Made by a program: the position numbers and the translations under genes | Assembly: GCA_963735975.1 (NCBI GenBank) | Contig: CAVTNF010000006.1 | Location: 34,650 to 98,649, forward strand | Length of the DNA stretch: 64,000 nucleotides | Source of the DNA: an uncultured Acidobacteriaceae bacterium | GTDB lineage: Bacteria; Acidobacteriota; Terriglobia; Terriglobales; Acidobacteriaceae | Reading direction: 5' to 3' | Notes under the pieces: model-generated | The model's database searches: none | Told to the model about the DNA's origin: nothing | Seen by the model: only the letters and a program-made list of their open reading frames with translations | Shown here: piece after piece, positions 26,862-37,661 of the stretch | How the letters are laid out: each line of letters opens with the position of its first letter | Numbering within the stretch: position 1 is the stretch's first letter

Positions 26862-28547
26862 TCACGGTGTCACCGTGAAACTTGTGGCACTGGTCGCGGA
26901 CCCGCCCAAAGTGTTGACGACGATTTTGCCGGTCGTTGCCCCGATGGGCACGGTTGCTGTCACCTGCGTGTCCGAGTTCACTGTGAAGGTGGTTGCGTTC
27001 ACGCCACCAAAGGTGATCCCACCGGTCTGCGTGAGGCTGACCCCGGTGATCTGCACCGGCGTTCCCACCGCGCCACTCGTTGGCGTGAAGCTCAGAATCT
27101 GCGGTGTCAGGTGGAAGACCACCCGGGTTTTGAGCGTGCCGCTGCTGGGCGTCGTCACCTGGACTTTTCCGGTGGTGGCGCCAGCGGGTACCGTGGCCGT
27201 GATTTCGGAATTCGAGACGACCTTGAACGTCGCTGCGCTGCCGTTAAAGCTGACGCCGGTAGCGCCTGTCAGATTGGTTCCTAGGATTATGACGGTCGCT
27301 CCCACCTTGCCGAAGGTGGCCAGCGTTTTCACGAACGGGCCCAGCCCAACCCCCAGTCTGAAGACCGTGCCATGGCCGGCCCCGCCCTCTGTCGCTGTCC
27401 CGTAGAAGTTCCCGTCGGTGCCTTGCACCAGCCCGCTGTCAGGGAGTTCGCCGTCAGGGCACCCGGTTTGAGCACAGAAGCTGTAGAGCGTGGTCAGCGT
27501 GCCCGGTGGGGTGATTTTGAAGATCGTACCACAGCCAGACGTGCCGCAGTTGGCCCCGCCCTCGGCTGTTGTACCGTAGAAGCTCGCGTCGGTGCCTTGC
27601 ACCAGCCCGGCCCTAGGGAAGCCGCCGTCGGTCGGGTAGCCCGCAAAACTGTGCAGCGCGGTGAATGTGTGGGGTGCCAAGACGAATTTAAAGACCGTGC
27701 CACAGCCAGGCGCGCCGCAGTTGGCCCCGCCCTCGTCTGTTGTGCCGTAGAAGTTTCCGTCGCTGCCTTGCACCATCTCTGCGTAAGGGAAGGCGCCGTC
27801 AGTTCCGTCGAAGCTGTGCAGAAACCAGAACTGCCCGCCAGGGGTGATTTTGAAGGCCGTGCCATCGCTATTGGCCCCGCCGCCGGACGTCGTCCCGTAG
27901 ATATAATACCCGGTGGTGGCTTCTACCAACCCGTTAGGACTGGTGCCTTCCGAGATCTCGAAGCTATGCAGCATGGTCAGCGTGCCTGCCGGGGTGATTT
28001 TGAAGATCGTGCCTTTGTCATTTGCTCCGCCCTGAGGGGTTGTCCCGTAGAAGCTTCCGTTGGTGCTGCTCTGCACCAGCCCTGCCTTAGGGAAACCACC
28101 GTCGGTCGGGTGTCCTGCAAAGCTATGCAGCGTGGTCAGCGTGCCCCCGGGGGTAATTTTAAAGACCGTGCCACAGCCATTGCCGCCATTGCAGGTCGGG
28201 TTTCCGCCATAAGTGGTAGTCCCGTAGAAGTTCCCGTCGGTGCCCAGCAACAGCTCTCCGTTCGGGAGTTCGCCGTCAGCGCAGCCAGTTTTAGAGCAGA
28301 AACTGTAAAGCGTGGTCAGCGTGCCCGCCGGGGTGACTTTGAAAATCGTGCCGCAGCCGCCGGTACAGTTGTTGTGAGCCCCGCCATAGGTCGTCGTCCC
28401 ATAGAAGTTTCCGTCGATGCCTTGCACCAGCCCTGCGTTAGGACTAGCGCCGTTGGTCACGTCGAACGTTACGAGAGTGGTGAAGGTGTTTTTTGCAGGC
28501 GAGGCAATCGCCGCCGCGAGGCAAAACACAAAGACGCCACTAGCCAT
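26862..28547 (-). CDS. secreted protein with seven GloVer-type repeats (propeller-like) and two C-terminal IPT/TIG domains
   Basis: Start chosen at MASGVFVFCLAAAIASPA (signal peptide). There are seven repeats of ..G.FYGTT..GG....GT.FKITP.GTLTTLHSF. The tail has two copies of ..G..V.I.G..L...T.V.F.G..A.F.V.S...I.A.VP.GATTGK..V. Confidence 0.8.
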   Translation of the reverse strand: MASGVFVFCLAAAIASPAKNTFTTLVTFDVTNGASPNAGLVQGIDGNFYGTTTYGGAHNNCTGGCGTIFKVTPAGTLTTLYSFCSKTGCADGELPNGELLLGTDGNFYGTTTYGGNPTCNGGNGCGTVFKITPGGTLTTLHSFAGHPTDGGFPKAGLVQSSTNGSFYGTTPQGGANDKGTIFKITPAGTLTMLHSFEISEGTSPNGLVEATTGYYIYGTTSGGGANSDGTAFKITPGGQFWFLHSFDGTDGAFPYAEMVQGSDGNFYGTTDEGGANCGAPGCGTVFKFVLAPHTFTALHSFAGYPTDGGFPRAGLVQGTDASFYGTTAEGGANCGTSGCGTIFKITPPGTLTTLYSFCAQTGCPDGELPDSGLVQGTDGNFYGTATEGGAGHGTVFRLGVGLGPFVKTLATFGKVGATVIILGTNLTGATGVSFNGSAATFKVVSNSEITATVPAGATTGKVQVTTPSSGTLKTRVVFHLTPQILSFTPTSGAVGTPVQITGVSLTQTGGITFGGVNATTFTVNSDTQVTATVPIGATTGKIVVNTLGGSATSATSFTVTP

Positions 28548-28805
28548 TCTCGATAAGCTAAGTTTCTCCACACTGCCCCCTTTCCGGCTTCGCGCCGGTG
28601 CGAAAATAAACCGCCCAAAAGTTTGTAGTTTCGTCATTGGAAAATCCTTTCGCGGGGCGAGACTCGGCGAGTCGCTTACACAGAGAGGCTCGCCTGAGAG
28701 ACCGGGCCGGCCTCGGGTCCGAGAGAGGAACCTACGGTGAAATGACGGGACCGTCATCTGATACTCCCTCTGAGACCAGTTCTCAAAGCCTCATGCGCAG
28801 ACCTG

Positions 28806-30616
28806 CTAGGTGGAAGTCTTTGAAAAAAGCAGCCTGGGCACCGCTTTCGCCAACGACATCAGGGTTGGACTCTTGCTCAGGTAGTTGTCTCGCGCCTCCG
28901 ACAACCGGCGCCGGGCGTGGACCTTTATTTTGTGTCTGAATGACGGCTCAACCATAGCTACACCGTTCAAACTATTCTGGTAGCACAACCCAACCGTTCG
29001 TGAAACACCCGGCGCAAGCTCAAACGAAACGCGAACCCCAGATTCATCCCGCACAGCGTGAGCAGCTGGAATTCCATCAACCAGCACAGCCGGCAGAGAG
29101 GGTTCCGTTAATTCCGGCCACTCGGCTACACAGCAAAGCGGAGACTCCAGCGCGTTCGCGATTCTCCCGGTCGTGAAAAAGCCCGAACGTGTAGCGATCC
29201 CTCTGCGGTTTTTCGCACCCAACAGGCGTTCTCCAGCGAAGTTTGCAAGTTGCGCCAACGGACTTTCGGAACAACTTTGTTTATCAGCGACACAAGTTCA
29301 AGCAGGGACGACGGATCCTTGAAGATTTCATGATGCTCCACGATCAGAATCGGTCGGCCAAAGAAAGCGTCGAAGGCCACGTACTCTGGTGCAAACTCTC
29401 GCGGATACCTTCGCAAAAACAACGGGAAGCCACCGTAGCTGAGAATCGATGGCCGCATCAGCTTCATAATGGTGAGTGGCATCTGCTCATTGTTGGGTGA
29501 CGGTCCGCTGTTTACCGCCGCAACGAAATTGTGCTCTTTCAAGGATTGGAGCGCGTTTCTGGAAAAACGACCTTGCGGAAAAACCATCACCTTCTCACAC
29601 GGAATTCCGGTGAGGTCGTGATGTGCCTGCATTCTCGATTGCGCTGTCTGCAGGATGTACTTGAGTCTTCCGGGATCTTGGGCAGCGAACTCTGCTCCTG
29701 TGTGATCATTGCCGTGGAAACAAAGAGAGAAGCGATCGGCCCGCTGGCGAAAGAGACGAACGGTGTTGGGAGAGTTTCTTTTCCAATAATAGGGAATGAA
29801 TGCAATGGTAGTGTGAAAATCAAAATGGTCCATGAGCGAGAGCAAACGCTCGAAGTTGAGGAACCCATACCGCTTCCACAAAGGAGGATCATCGATGATC
29901 AAAGTGGCATGCGGTACTCCCGCGGGACGCCAGCATTCGTCGGCAAATACATACCGGAGAAACATGGCGAGCGGAAGCAGTTGTGAGAAGTATTCGCTGA
30001 GTTTCCTCCCCGCAACATCGCTGTCGAGATCGATCACAGCCGACGCCGCCAAGAAGAAAACCTCCGCTGCGTCGCGCTTCACCACAGCGAACAGCGGTTC
30101 TCCGCCGACAGAGATGAGCACTTTGATCTCTTCCGCACCCGGCTTCCTCCCAAGAACTCGATCTCGACCAGAATGAGCTGGACCGAAATTTAAATTGGCG
30201 AATACGTCGCACAGTTCGTGGTCAGCGACCTGGTATCTGGCAGAGGCGTCTGCTATCTCGCGAACACAGGACAATCGTTCCTGTGACAAAACCTGCACCA
30301 TGCTCTGCGAGATTGAGCTGGTGTCCAGCTCATAAACCAGAACAAACGGGAATTTCGCCACCAAACACGAAGCCAGAGCAGAAGGAAAGTCGACGACTCC
30401 TAACCATTGTCGTATGAGCGCTGGGTTGATCGCAATGCACGCCCCTCCTTCAAGGAGCGCATGGTGCGCCATTGCATTCTCGAGGTCACTGGTGGGATTG
30501 GCCGTTCCGGCGGTCAGTTGCAACGGCACATACTCAGCCCCTAGCGCTTGCGCCATCCGCAGCAAACCCGACTGACACGAATCCAACCCGTCCACAAATG
30601 GCAGGACTAGCTTCAT
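28806..30616 (-). pseudogene. conserved EPS-locus protein of unknown function (possible polysaccharide-deacetylase-like fold), frameshift at the A5 run 29176-29180
   Basis: The 496-aa ORF (29126-30616) contains ATLIIDDPPLW...TIAFIPYYW...LCFHGNDHTGAEF. After ...SLHVRAF the reading frame continues in the overlapping ORF 28806-29258 (TTGRIANALES...RRRLSEARDNYLSK). Confidence 0.5.
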
Positions 30617-30875
30617 TCTCTTTTTCTAGAGCCGGCAGAAGTGAATGTCGGGACAGTCAACGGGCTAAGCTTTCGAGAGAATTCCTTGACTCTCGGTCCC
30701 AAGTTGAGCGCCAAGCTGGAGCCTCTCCGGAATTGTGAGGACTTCTGGACAACCGGTTTCGATCCAACTCGCGTTCGACGGGATGGTCGTCTCCTCGAAA
30801 ACAATTCTCCCAGCGTCCGAACAATTGAATTTGATCCACTGCATTCAGGAACGCGCCGTTGCAGAGAACAATTTC

Positions 30876-32015
30876 CTAGCCGGAAGAACCGCCGGTTCCA
30901 GGATAACCTGGAGAAGAGGATTTCATGGCAACCCACGCTTTGGACGCCAGCTTGTGCAAGGCTTCGACCTTGTTGGGGTTGGCCTTTAGTTCTCGGCCGA
31001 TCTTCTGGTAGAACCAGACTGCTCCTTCAATGGGTAATGTGTCCAACAGCCAATTCCAGGTAGTCCACAACCAGCGGCTGGTTGGATACACTTTTTTTTC
31101 ATAGCCCAGTGCTTCCAAGGAGTCTCCGGCAATCCAATTGAAGCGCTCGTGTTGCGCTCGCTTCCAATGACTCCAGCGCGCAAGCGGATTGAAGTCAGCA
31201 GACTTGGGTATCGGCTGCCAGTGGATTCCCGGCGCTACCCCGCGTGCAGTGGAGCTTGTCGGTACGGAACCCTCCCGGCGCAGCGATGAGGATCCTCGCA
31301 CCGGCAAGTTTGTTGCCGCATCGAAGTTGTACCGCGTCTCGTCCAAACGCAAGAAGGAGAGAATTCTTCGGATTTCCTGGTCACTGTGGCCGTACAGATC
31401 TTCGTATTTGACCAGCAAATATCTTCGCTCGCGATTGGAGTCGTTCCTGACAAAATGGACAACCTCTTCAGCTCGATCGGCCCATTGCCGTGAGGCTTTG
31501 TCAAAGCGTCGATAGAACGTTCGTAACGCTGATTCCACCACTGCCCTGCCGTCGCGAATCAGAATGATCAAATCAGCGTCTGGGAATATGCGGAAGAATA
31601 GCTCGACGTTTTGGGTGCTAGGGCTCTTGGTGACCAGCACCTTGAGCTCTTTATCAGGATCGATCCCGTTGAGCAGTCTTCGGTTCACCACCTGCATTTT
31701 CAAGTACGAGACCAATCCATCTCCAAGACAGCGACAAACCAACTCGCGCTCTCTTTGGAGTTCCTCCGCACCCCACCAGGCCTTCCAAGCTTTACTAGCG
31801 GACTGGACAAATCTGACTAGCAAGTGGGAATAATCGACAAAATGATCTTCTTCCAGTTCCATCCCGTCGACATCGCAATCCGGGTGCAAGCGAAGGAGAT
31901 CCTGTAAAAAGTTTGTACCGCTTCGTTCGGCAATACCGAGAATAAAGACAAGCCTGGCGTTTTGAGGGCCACCGTTGACACGGCTCGGATCACAAATCAG
32001 TTTATCCATTGCCAC
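30876..32015 (-). CDS. sulfotransferase-family protein (ST1)
   Basis: 5'-PSB-like loop GIAERSGTNFL, 3'-PB-like ILIRDGRAVVES, and LLVKYEDL. It shares a ~60-aa C-terminal tail with ST2. Confidence 0.8.
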   Translation of the reverse strand: MAMDKLICDPSRVNGGPQNARLVFILGIAERSGTNFLQDLLRLHPDCDVDGMELEEDHFVDYSHLLVRFVQSASKAWKAWWGAEELQRERELVCRCLGDGLVSYLKMQVVNRRLLNGIDPDKELKVLVTKSPSTQNVELFFRIFPDADLIILIRDGRAVVESALRTFYRRFDKASRQWADRAEEVVHFVRNDSNRERRYLLVKYEDLYGHSDQEIRRILSFLRLDETRYNFDAATNLPVRGSSSLRREGSVPTSSTARGVAPGIHWQPIPKSADFNPLARWSHWKRAQHERFNWIAGDSLEALGYEKKVYPTSRWLWTTWNWLLDTLPIEGAVWFYQKIGRELKANPNKVEALHKLASKAWVAMKSSSPGYPGTGGSSG

Positions 32016-32194
32016 GAGACACTCCCTAGATCGTCCGAGTGCGCTGCTGAGCTATGTCGTGCGAAACCAAAAAATAGGCTGGCGGGACCCTGTCCAGTCG
32101 AAACGTTCGAAGTGGCTAGTCCAATGGGTGAGGAGCTTGCCATGGCCGAAACCAGAGCTGACGTGCAGACCAACAGACGCAGAGATAACACGAA

Positions 32195-33241
32195 TCATCG
32201 TCCTATGTATCGCTTCAACAGGCTGTGGAAGCCGCTGACTCGGTTATGGAAAGCAGTTGGACTCAGGTTCCCCGGGATGGAGATGCGCCCAAGCTCTAAC
32301 GAGCTCTCGTGCCTAGAACAAAACTTGCCGATGGTGGTGAAAGCAAAATCATAACCAGCTCGCTTCACGCGCTCGGTGATATCCTTCGAAATGTCTGCCT
32401 CTCCGCCGTTAGGGTAGGCGAAGCATCGGCAATTAGCCCCGACTTGCTCTTCGATGGCGCGCTTACTGGTCAGCAGTTCCTGGTCAACGCGCTCCCCCGG
32501 TATGCGTGTCAGAATTGGGTGCTCGACGGTATGCGACCCGATTTCAAATCCTCGGTTCCTCAATGTCCGGACTTCGTCCCACGAGAGGAAACCAAAGACT
32601 TCCTGCTCGCGCTCGTCAGGTTCCGCAGTCGAAACCTCGCGGAGCCGATTCAAATAGCGTTCACATTCCTCATGCGGGAGTCTCTTGCACGCTTGTCGCA
32701 GCCAGTTTGCTACCAGCGAGCGTTGACGCGGGTCTTCAAGCTTTCTCTCACCTTCTGAACCTGGCATAGGAATTGTGGTTTTCGGCCACCGCAGCACACG
32801 CCGGTAGATTTCGAGTATCCAAAGGATTCGTTCCTGACTGATGTAGCCGGTAGAGATGTGAATGACAGCGGGAATACCGTAGTGAAGCAGCACGGGTACC
32901 GCATTGGTCAAGTTAGTCCGATAGCCGTCATCGAACGTGACCAGCACCGGATTCCGGGGCAAAGCCACCTTTCCCGCCCGCCAGGCTGCCAAGTCCGACA
33001 CTGTAATCGGTTGGAAATAGCGAGCCAGGATCTCCATTTGCTCACGGAATCTCTTCAGACGAACCGTGTAGTCGGAATGAACCGGAGTGTAATGCTGATC
33101 CGACACCACTCCGTGATAGCAAAGTACCAGCAGCCGTTTTTGCTGTGCCGCTCTAAATGCGGTGTTCACTCCTAGGTATTTGCACAAATACGGAAGCACA
33201 TGATCTGCGACAACGGTTTCTGCTGATCGAGCCGAAATCAT
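32195..33241 (-). CDS. polysaccharide deacetylase (NodB homology domain)
   Basis: LVLCYHGV, VLVTFDDGYRTN, GFEIGSHTVEHPIL, FAYPNGG. Confidence 0.85.
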   Translation of the reverse strand: MISARSAETVVADHVLPYLCKYLGVNTAFRAAQQKRLLVLCYHGVVSDQHYTPVHSDYTVRLKRFREQMEILARYFQPITVSDLAAWRAGKVALPRNPVLVTFDDGYRTNLTNAVPVLLHYGIPAVIHISTGYISQERILWILEIYRRVLRWPKTTIPMPGSEGERKLEDPRQRSLVANWLRQACKRLPHEECERYLNRLREVSTAEPDEREQEVFGFLSWDEVRTLRNRGFEIGSHTVEHPILTRIPGERVDQELLTSKRAIEEQVGANCRCFAYPNGGEADISKDITERVKRAGYDFAFTTIGKFCSRHESSLELGRISIPGNLSPTAFHNRVSGFHSLLKRYIGR

Positions 33242-33478
33242 TTGCGGAGATACGCAGATCCTAGCTTTTAACGCGAGCCGGCTGAGTGATTATGAAAGCG
33301 CATCCATCTGTCCAGTTCAAACCTGTTTATCACGACATGTACTAGATAATAACTGCCTGTATCAATCCATGCCGTGGCGCGAAACGAAACGGTTGGGCAT
33401 TTGGGAAAGCACCGAGTCAGGTATCTAAGGCGCCTGAAGGCCAGTGCCGTCCGAGTGCAGCCCATGTCTGATCTCTAG

Positions 33479-34642
33479 TCAGCAGCGACGAACCTTCTCG
33501 TAAAGCTCCTCGATCGAGTCTCTAGCCCTTTCGGGATTAAATCGCTCCTCGATTCGTCGGAGTGCTCCCGCGCTCAACGCTTCGTAGTCTGAACGGTGAT
33601 CCCAGCACTTTACCAGTATTTCAACCATTTCGGCCGCCATTGATTCAATCAGGGCACAATATGCCTCTGTATAGCCGGGCTCGTTTCGCCGGTAAAGCCA
33701 GATCCACTTTCCAACACTCTGTTCGTTTGGAAATTCCAGCAGATAACCGGACTTGCCGGGTTCGATGACCTCCGGGAGGGCGCATGTCCGTGTGGCTATC
33801 ACGGGAGTTCCCCACGCCATCGACTCCAATGATACATATCCAAAGGTGTCAGAAAGCGTTGGGAACAGTAAATAGTCTGCCTCAGCCATGAATCGCTGAA
33901 GTTGATCGTTCGGCAACCCGGGATAATATCGTATGCCCTCTTGCGAAACCAGCTGCTCCACCCCGACAAGATGAACTGGCGAAGGCGGCTCAATATGGAC
34001 CGACCGTTTCAGCAACGAGACAATCGTTGTCTCTACTGGTATGCCTTGCTTCCTGAGGCGCTGGTGCGCCTGAACAACAGCGGGCCCACCTTTTGCCCTC
34101 CATGTCCTTCCGACGAATAGTAAACGGAGCCGATCGCCTGCTTTCTTAGGAGCCGATCGACGTATTGGCAGTGCGGGATAGATAACTTCCAACTTCTCTT
34201 CGAGGTCCTGCAGACCATCGAAGTGCCGATGCTGATAACGGAACTGCCGGCGTCCATACTCCGACATTGCGACCAATGCAATGCAGCGCTCGCTCAGCAA
34301 GCGCGTCCGAAGGAATCTCTCAAGCCAGCCAATATAGCGATCTTCCGGAACTCGCGGACAATAGTCTTCGAAGGTTATGATGTATGGGGACTGGGTCAAT
34401 AAGGGGACGGCATTGAATGTGTGAATAAGGTCTCTGCCCGGAGGGAGAAGTGTAATACTATCCAGCCGCCTATCCAATCGCGTCAAGAGACCCAAGGGCC
34501 AACCCTTTAGCTGTGCGTTCCGTTGACCGTGGTAGTGGTTGAGCCGAGCAGCGTGGCCTCGTCCAACCCAGACTTTGAGCGGAGGCTTGCAATGAATCGC
34601 CGGCTGGGCGACTAGAGTGTCTTCAGTCAGCATATCGCTCAT
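33479..34642 (-). CDS. glycosyltransferase family 4
   Basis: LLFVGRTWRAKGG...LFPTLSDTFGYVSLESMAWGTPVIATRTCALPEVIEPGKSGYL (the E..(7)E region). Confidence 0.85.
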   Translation of the reverse strand: MSDMLTEDTLVAQPAIHCKPPLKVWVGRGHAARLNHYHGQRNAQLKGWPLGLLTRLDRRLDSITLLPPGRDLIHTFNAVPLLTQSPYIITFEDYCPRVPEDRYIGWLERFLRTRLLSERCIALVAMSEYGRRQFRYQHRHFDGLQDLEEKLEVIYPALPIRRSAPKKAGDRLRLLFVGRTWRAKGGPAVVQAHQRLRKQGIPVETTIVSLLKRSVHIEPPSPVHLVGVEQLVSQEGIRYYPGLPNDQLQRFMAEADYLLFPTLSDTFGYVSLESMAWGTPVIATRTCALPEVIEPGKSGYLLEFPNEQSVGKWIWLYRRNEPGYTEAYCALIESMAAEMVEILVKCWDHRSDYEALSAGALRRIEERFNPERARDSIEELYEKVRRC

Positions 34643-35787
34643 CTCTTACTTCTGCCAGGCAGGGACGTGCCGGGATAAATGGGAGCAGTGGAGATGACCA
34701 TGTCATCGAAATAAATCACCGCCGGGTCCGGAATGGCACCGTCGCTATAGTTATTGAAGGAAAATGCGTTAACACCGTGCTTCTTCTTTGTGCCATCCAC
34801 GTCATCCCCGTATTTCGTCCAAATTTCTCCATCGGGATCATCGGGGCCGCCGGAGTCAACCAGAAGCTTGTCATCCTGCCAGACTACGACTCGGCCATGA
34901 TGCGGTTTCACTTCTCTCGGCCACTGCTTCACATAAACCTGAATATGGAACCACTTACCTGTCGGAATGATGGGACTGGAGTTTTCCAGATCAAACCTGT
35001 GGTTAATACTGGTGCTGTTGGCGTGCGGACCCATAAAAGGGTGCTCCGCCGGCCCGTGCCCATTGAATGACACAACCAGTCGCATGGGGCTGATTGTAAG
35101 TGGAGTCTGGTTTACCACATCGATCGCCCAGACGGGGTCATTCGCTCCGCCCTCTACCGCCGCCTTCATTTGCACAAGATTCCAGAACCTGCCATTGTCC
35201 GACGTATGGTTCATCGCATAGTTCTGCGGGAAATAAACCCAGATTCCATAGTAGAGCCCGCTGTCAAAGTACTTCGGATCTTGGGATTCGAGCCAGCGAA
35301 ACAATCTTGTGCCTGCGGAATTCGTCCTCCTCGACCTCGGATCTTGACCGCGCGCGCTGCACTTACACCCCGGGTCCCCGGAAAAACATCCGGGGCCACC
35401 TACTCCCTTGGAATCGTGCACGCCGTTGTTGCAATAATTGTGGTGGATAGCCTTTATGACGTACTTGCCGCCATGTGCGGAGATTCCCTCCGAGGACGCC
35501 AGCACTGCCGTCATGGTCGTTTGAACGTGGCTGTGCTCGCGTTTTTCAAAGCACTGGTAATCCGTTATCTGTCCGTTGTAGGGATAGTGTGGAGACGGTT
35601 GAGAATCGTCAAACAAACCGCCTCCATTGCACTTTTGCGAGCAGCCCCAAGTTGTGTTGGGAGCATAGAACTCTCTTAAGTCGCCTGGCTCCGCGGTCCC
35701 GTGAAACACCACTTGTGCCCGCCCTTGCAAAGTGGAGAAAATGAACACTGCCACCACCAAGAGTCTCATTTGAGGGGAGAATATCAT
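34639..35787 (-). CDS. secreted hypothetical protein, possibly a concanavalin-fold polysaccharide-lyase-like enzyme
   Basis: Signal peptide MRLLVVAVFIFSTLQGRAQ. Motifs ...FWNLVQMKA...DPVWAIDV...GKWFHIQVYVK...GRVVVWQDDKLL...IYFDDMVI resemble the PF14099-type pattern. This assignment is weak. Confidence 0.4.
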   Translation of the reverse strand: MIFSPQMRLLVVAVFIFSTLQGRAQVVFHGTAEPGDLREFYAPNTTWGCSQKCNGGGLFDDSQPSPHYPYNGQITDYQCFEKREHSHVQTTMTAVLASSEGISAHGGKYVIKAIHHNYCNNGVHDSKGVGGPGCFSGDPGCKCSARGQDPRSRRTNSAGTRLFRWLESQDPKYFDSGLYYGIWVYFPQNYAMNHTSDNGRFWNLVQMKAAVEGGANDPVWAIDVVNQTPLTISPMRLVVSFNGHGPAEHPFMGPHANSTSINHRFDLENSSPIIPTGKWFHIQVYVKQWPREVKPHHGRVVVWQDDKLLVDSGGPDDPDGEIWTKYGDDVDGTKKKHGVNAFSFNNYSDGAIPDPAVIYFDDMVISTAPIYPGTSLPGRSKR

Positions 35788-35863
35788 TGTTTACCCCTTG
35801 CTGTGCACGGCAATTCATTGCCGACACTGGCCGACCTGAATGATAATTTTGTCGAGGGTGTCC

Positions 35864-36260
35864 TTAGGTTTGGCTTTGAGCCGGAAGGCACGGTAAAGAT
35901 AGCCAAACGCATGCCGCGCGTATACGAGGTGGGCATCAGCTACTGGGGTCAGACGTACCAGGAAGGCAAGAAGATTGGCTGGACGGACGGCTTCCGCGCC
36001 TTGTGGTGTTTGGTGAAGTATTCCTTGAATGAGTCGAAAGCCGCAGCCAGCACGGCGGTCTCCGAGGTGCAGTCATGAAGTTGCCTTCCCGGCAATAGGT
36101 TCTTTTCGAGACGTATCGCTTGAATGACCTCTCGACGGAACGCTTTGTAGCACGTCTCCATGTCCGTCATGTTGAGGTTGGTGAGCATGTTCGACAGCAG
36201 CGTCAGCATCCAGTTACCCACCGAGTGCCAGAAATAGAGCACGCGGTGTGGGCCGCTCCC
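35864..36260 (-). pseudogene. GT2 (DPM1-like) glycosyltransferase remnant lacking the N-terminal catalytic half, with the last ~70 codons inverted in situ
   Basis: Minus strand 36098-36260 reads [50 protein letters not shown]. Plus strand 35864-36078 reads (L)[54 protein letters not shown]. Confidence 0.7.
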
Positions 36261-36264
36261 TAGT

Positions 36265-37299
36265 CTAGGCCGAGCCACCCTTTACACCATTGTTTGGAGA
36301 ACTGTGCCTGAGGAACGCCCATCCTCTTGAGGCCAAGCTCTGCAGGCCTGCAAAGTCGCGAGGGCTGGCCTTCAATTCGCGGCCAATCCTCTGGACCAAC
36401 CACACTATGTCTTCGATCGGTACAATGTCGAACAGCCAACTCCATGCTTGCGGAGCAGACGTCCCATACCGCTTTTCAACTTCTGCTTTCAGGACACGGC
36501 CCTTTTCTCCGAGCCTCTTCCATACAAGGTCTTCCTGCCCAGCAAAAGGAGAAACGGCGAAGCGTGGCCAGTGTTTGTCTTTTCGATTTACCTTCACGGC
36601 CGTGATCTTGCGGTGCTCCTCGGCAGCCCTGTCGGCAAGGGAGAGCCCGAGTTCTTCGCAAAGAGATTTAAACCGTGTCCAATCTTTAACTTCCTCCATA
36701 GATATTTCAAAAACAGGGATCCCTATTCTCTTGCATTCTTGTGTGTACGCAGACTTGCGGCGTTCTACTTCAAGACAGTACCAAAAACAGAGCTGATAAT
36801 CCGACATGCGTTGCCAGCCGGGCAGCGGGATGACCCCCGGCTGATCTGGATGTAGCAGAAACTTATTGCCACCGGCTGTTCTTCCCGGCACTGTCTTCAG
36901 GCGCCAATAGCTTTTGGCAACCTGCCGAGGGTGACGATTGAGGACGATCAGCCGGAATGGGATCCCCAGGGCGATAAAAGCCTCAAAAAAGCCCTTGCCG
37001 AACAAGTGGCTTGTTTCCACGTAGTGAGCTCCAGGCCGAGCCATAATGGCAGGCAGCTTGATATCTCTGACAAACGAGATGGCCGCCATTGGATCTTGCC
37101 GGACCTTCTCCAGAACGTCCTGAAACGCCGGTTCGGGCTCGTGTTCTGAGCAAATGTCTTGTGCCAGCGCTAGCAGCTCTTGCAGCAGGTTTGTCCCGCT
37201 ACGGCCTGTCGTAAGGCACATAATAATATTCTTCTCGATCGGCTTCTGTACGAGTCGATCACACATTGGGTTATCTATCGCCACAAATCCCCCCCACAC
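36265..37299 (-). CDS. sulfotransferase-family protein (ST2), divergent paralog of ST1
   Basis: [29 protein letters not shown]. Its C-terminal tail [28 protein letters not shown]...LQSLASRGW parallels ST1's WNWLLDTLPIEGAVWFYQKIGRELKANP...LHKLASKAW. Confidence 0.7.
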   Translation of the reverse strand: MWGGFVAIDNPMCDRLVQKPIEKNIIMCLTTGRSGTNLLQELLALAQDICSEHEPEPAFQDVLEKVRQDPMAAISFVRDIKLPAIMARPGAHYVETSHLFGKGFFEAFIALGIPFRLIVLNRHPRQVAKSYWRLKTVPGRTAGGNKFLLHPDQPGVIPLPGWQRMSDYQLCFWYCLEVERRKSAYTQECKRIGIPVFEISMEEVKDWTRFKSLCEELGLSLADRAAEEHRKITAVKVNRKDKHWPRFAVSPFAGQEDLVWKRLGEKGRVLKAEVEKRYGTSAPQAWSWLFDIVPIEDIVWLVQRIGRELKASPRDFAGLQSLASRGWAFLRHSSPNNGVKGGSA

Positions 37300-37661
37300 G
37301 CTGTAAGGTCACGGCCTTTATCTGTGAAATCAACAAAGAGTGTCTTTCCCGAGAACTGCGATCCTCACCACATTGTGTACCGCTTCAACAGGCCATCAAA
37401 GCCCGCCGACTCGGTTATGGAAGGCAGTTGGACCGAGCTTCCCCGGAATGGAGACGCGCCCAAGCTCGAATGAGCTCTCGTGCCTAGAACAAAACTTGCC
37501 GATGGTGGTGAAAGCGAAATCATAACCAGCTCGCTTCACGCGCTCGGTGATATCCTTCGAAATGTCTGCTTCTCCGCCGTTAGGGTAGGCGAAGCATCGG
37601 CAATTAGCCCCGACTTGCTCTTCGATAGCACACGCTTACTAAATGCGGCATTCACTCTTAG

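Noticed and set aside
27372-28556. Long antisense ORFs: 27372-28556 (+), 59466-60776 (+), 55518-56162 (-), 42621-43385 (+), 50706-51587 (+), 13152-13982 (-) and others.
   Set aside because: They are shadow ORFs opposite clearly homologous genes in GC-rich DNA. They have Arg/Ala/Gly/Pro-rich low-complexity translations and no recognisable motifs.
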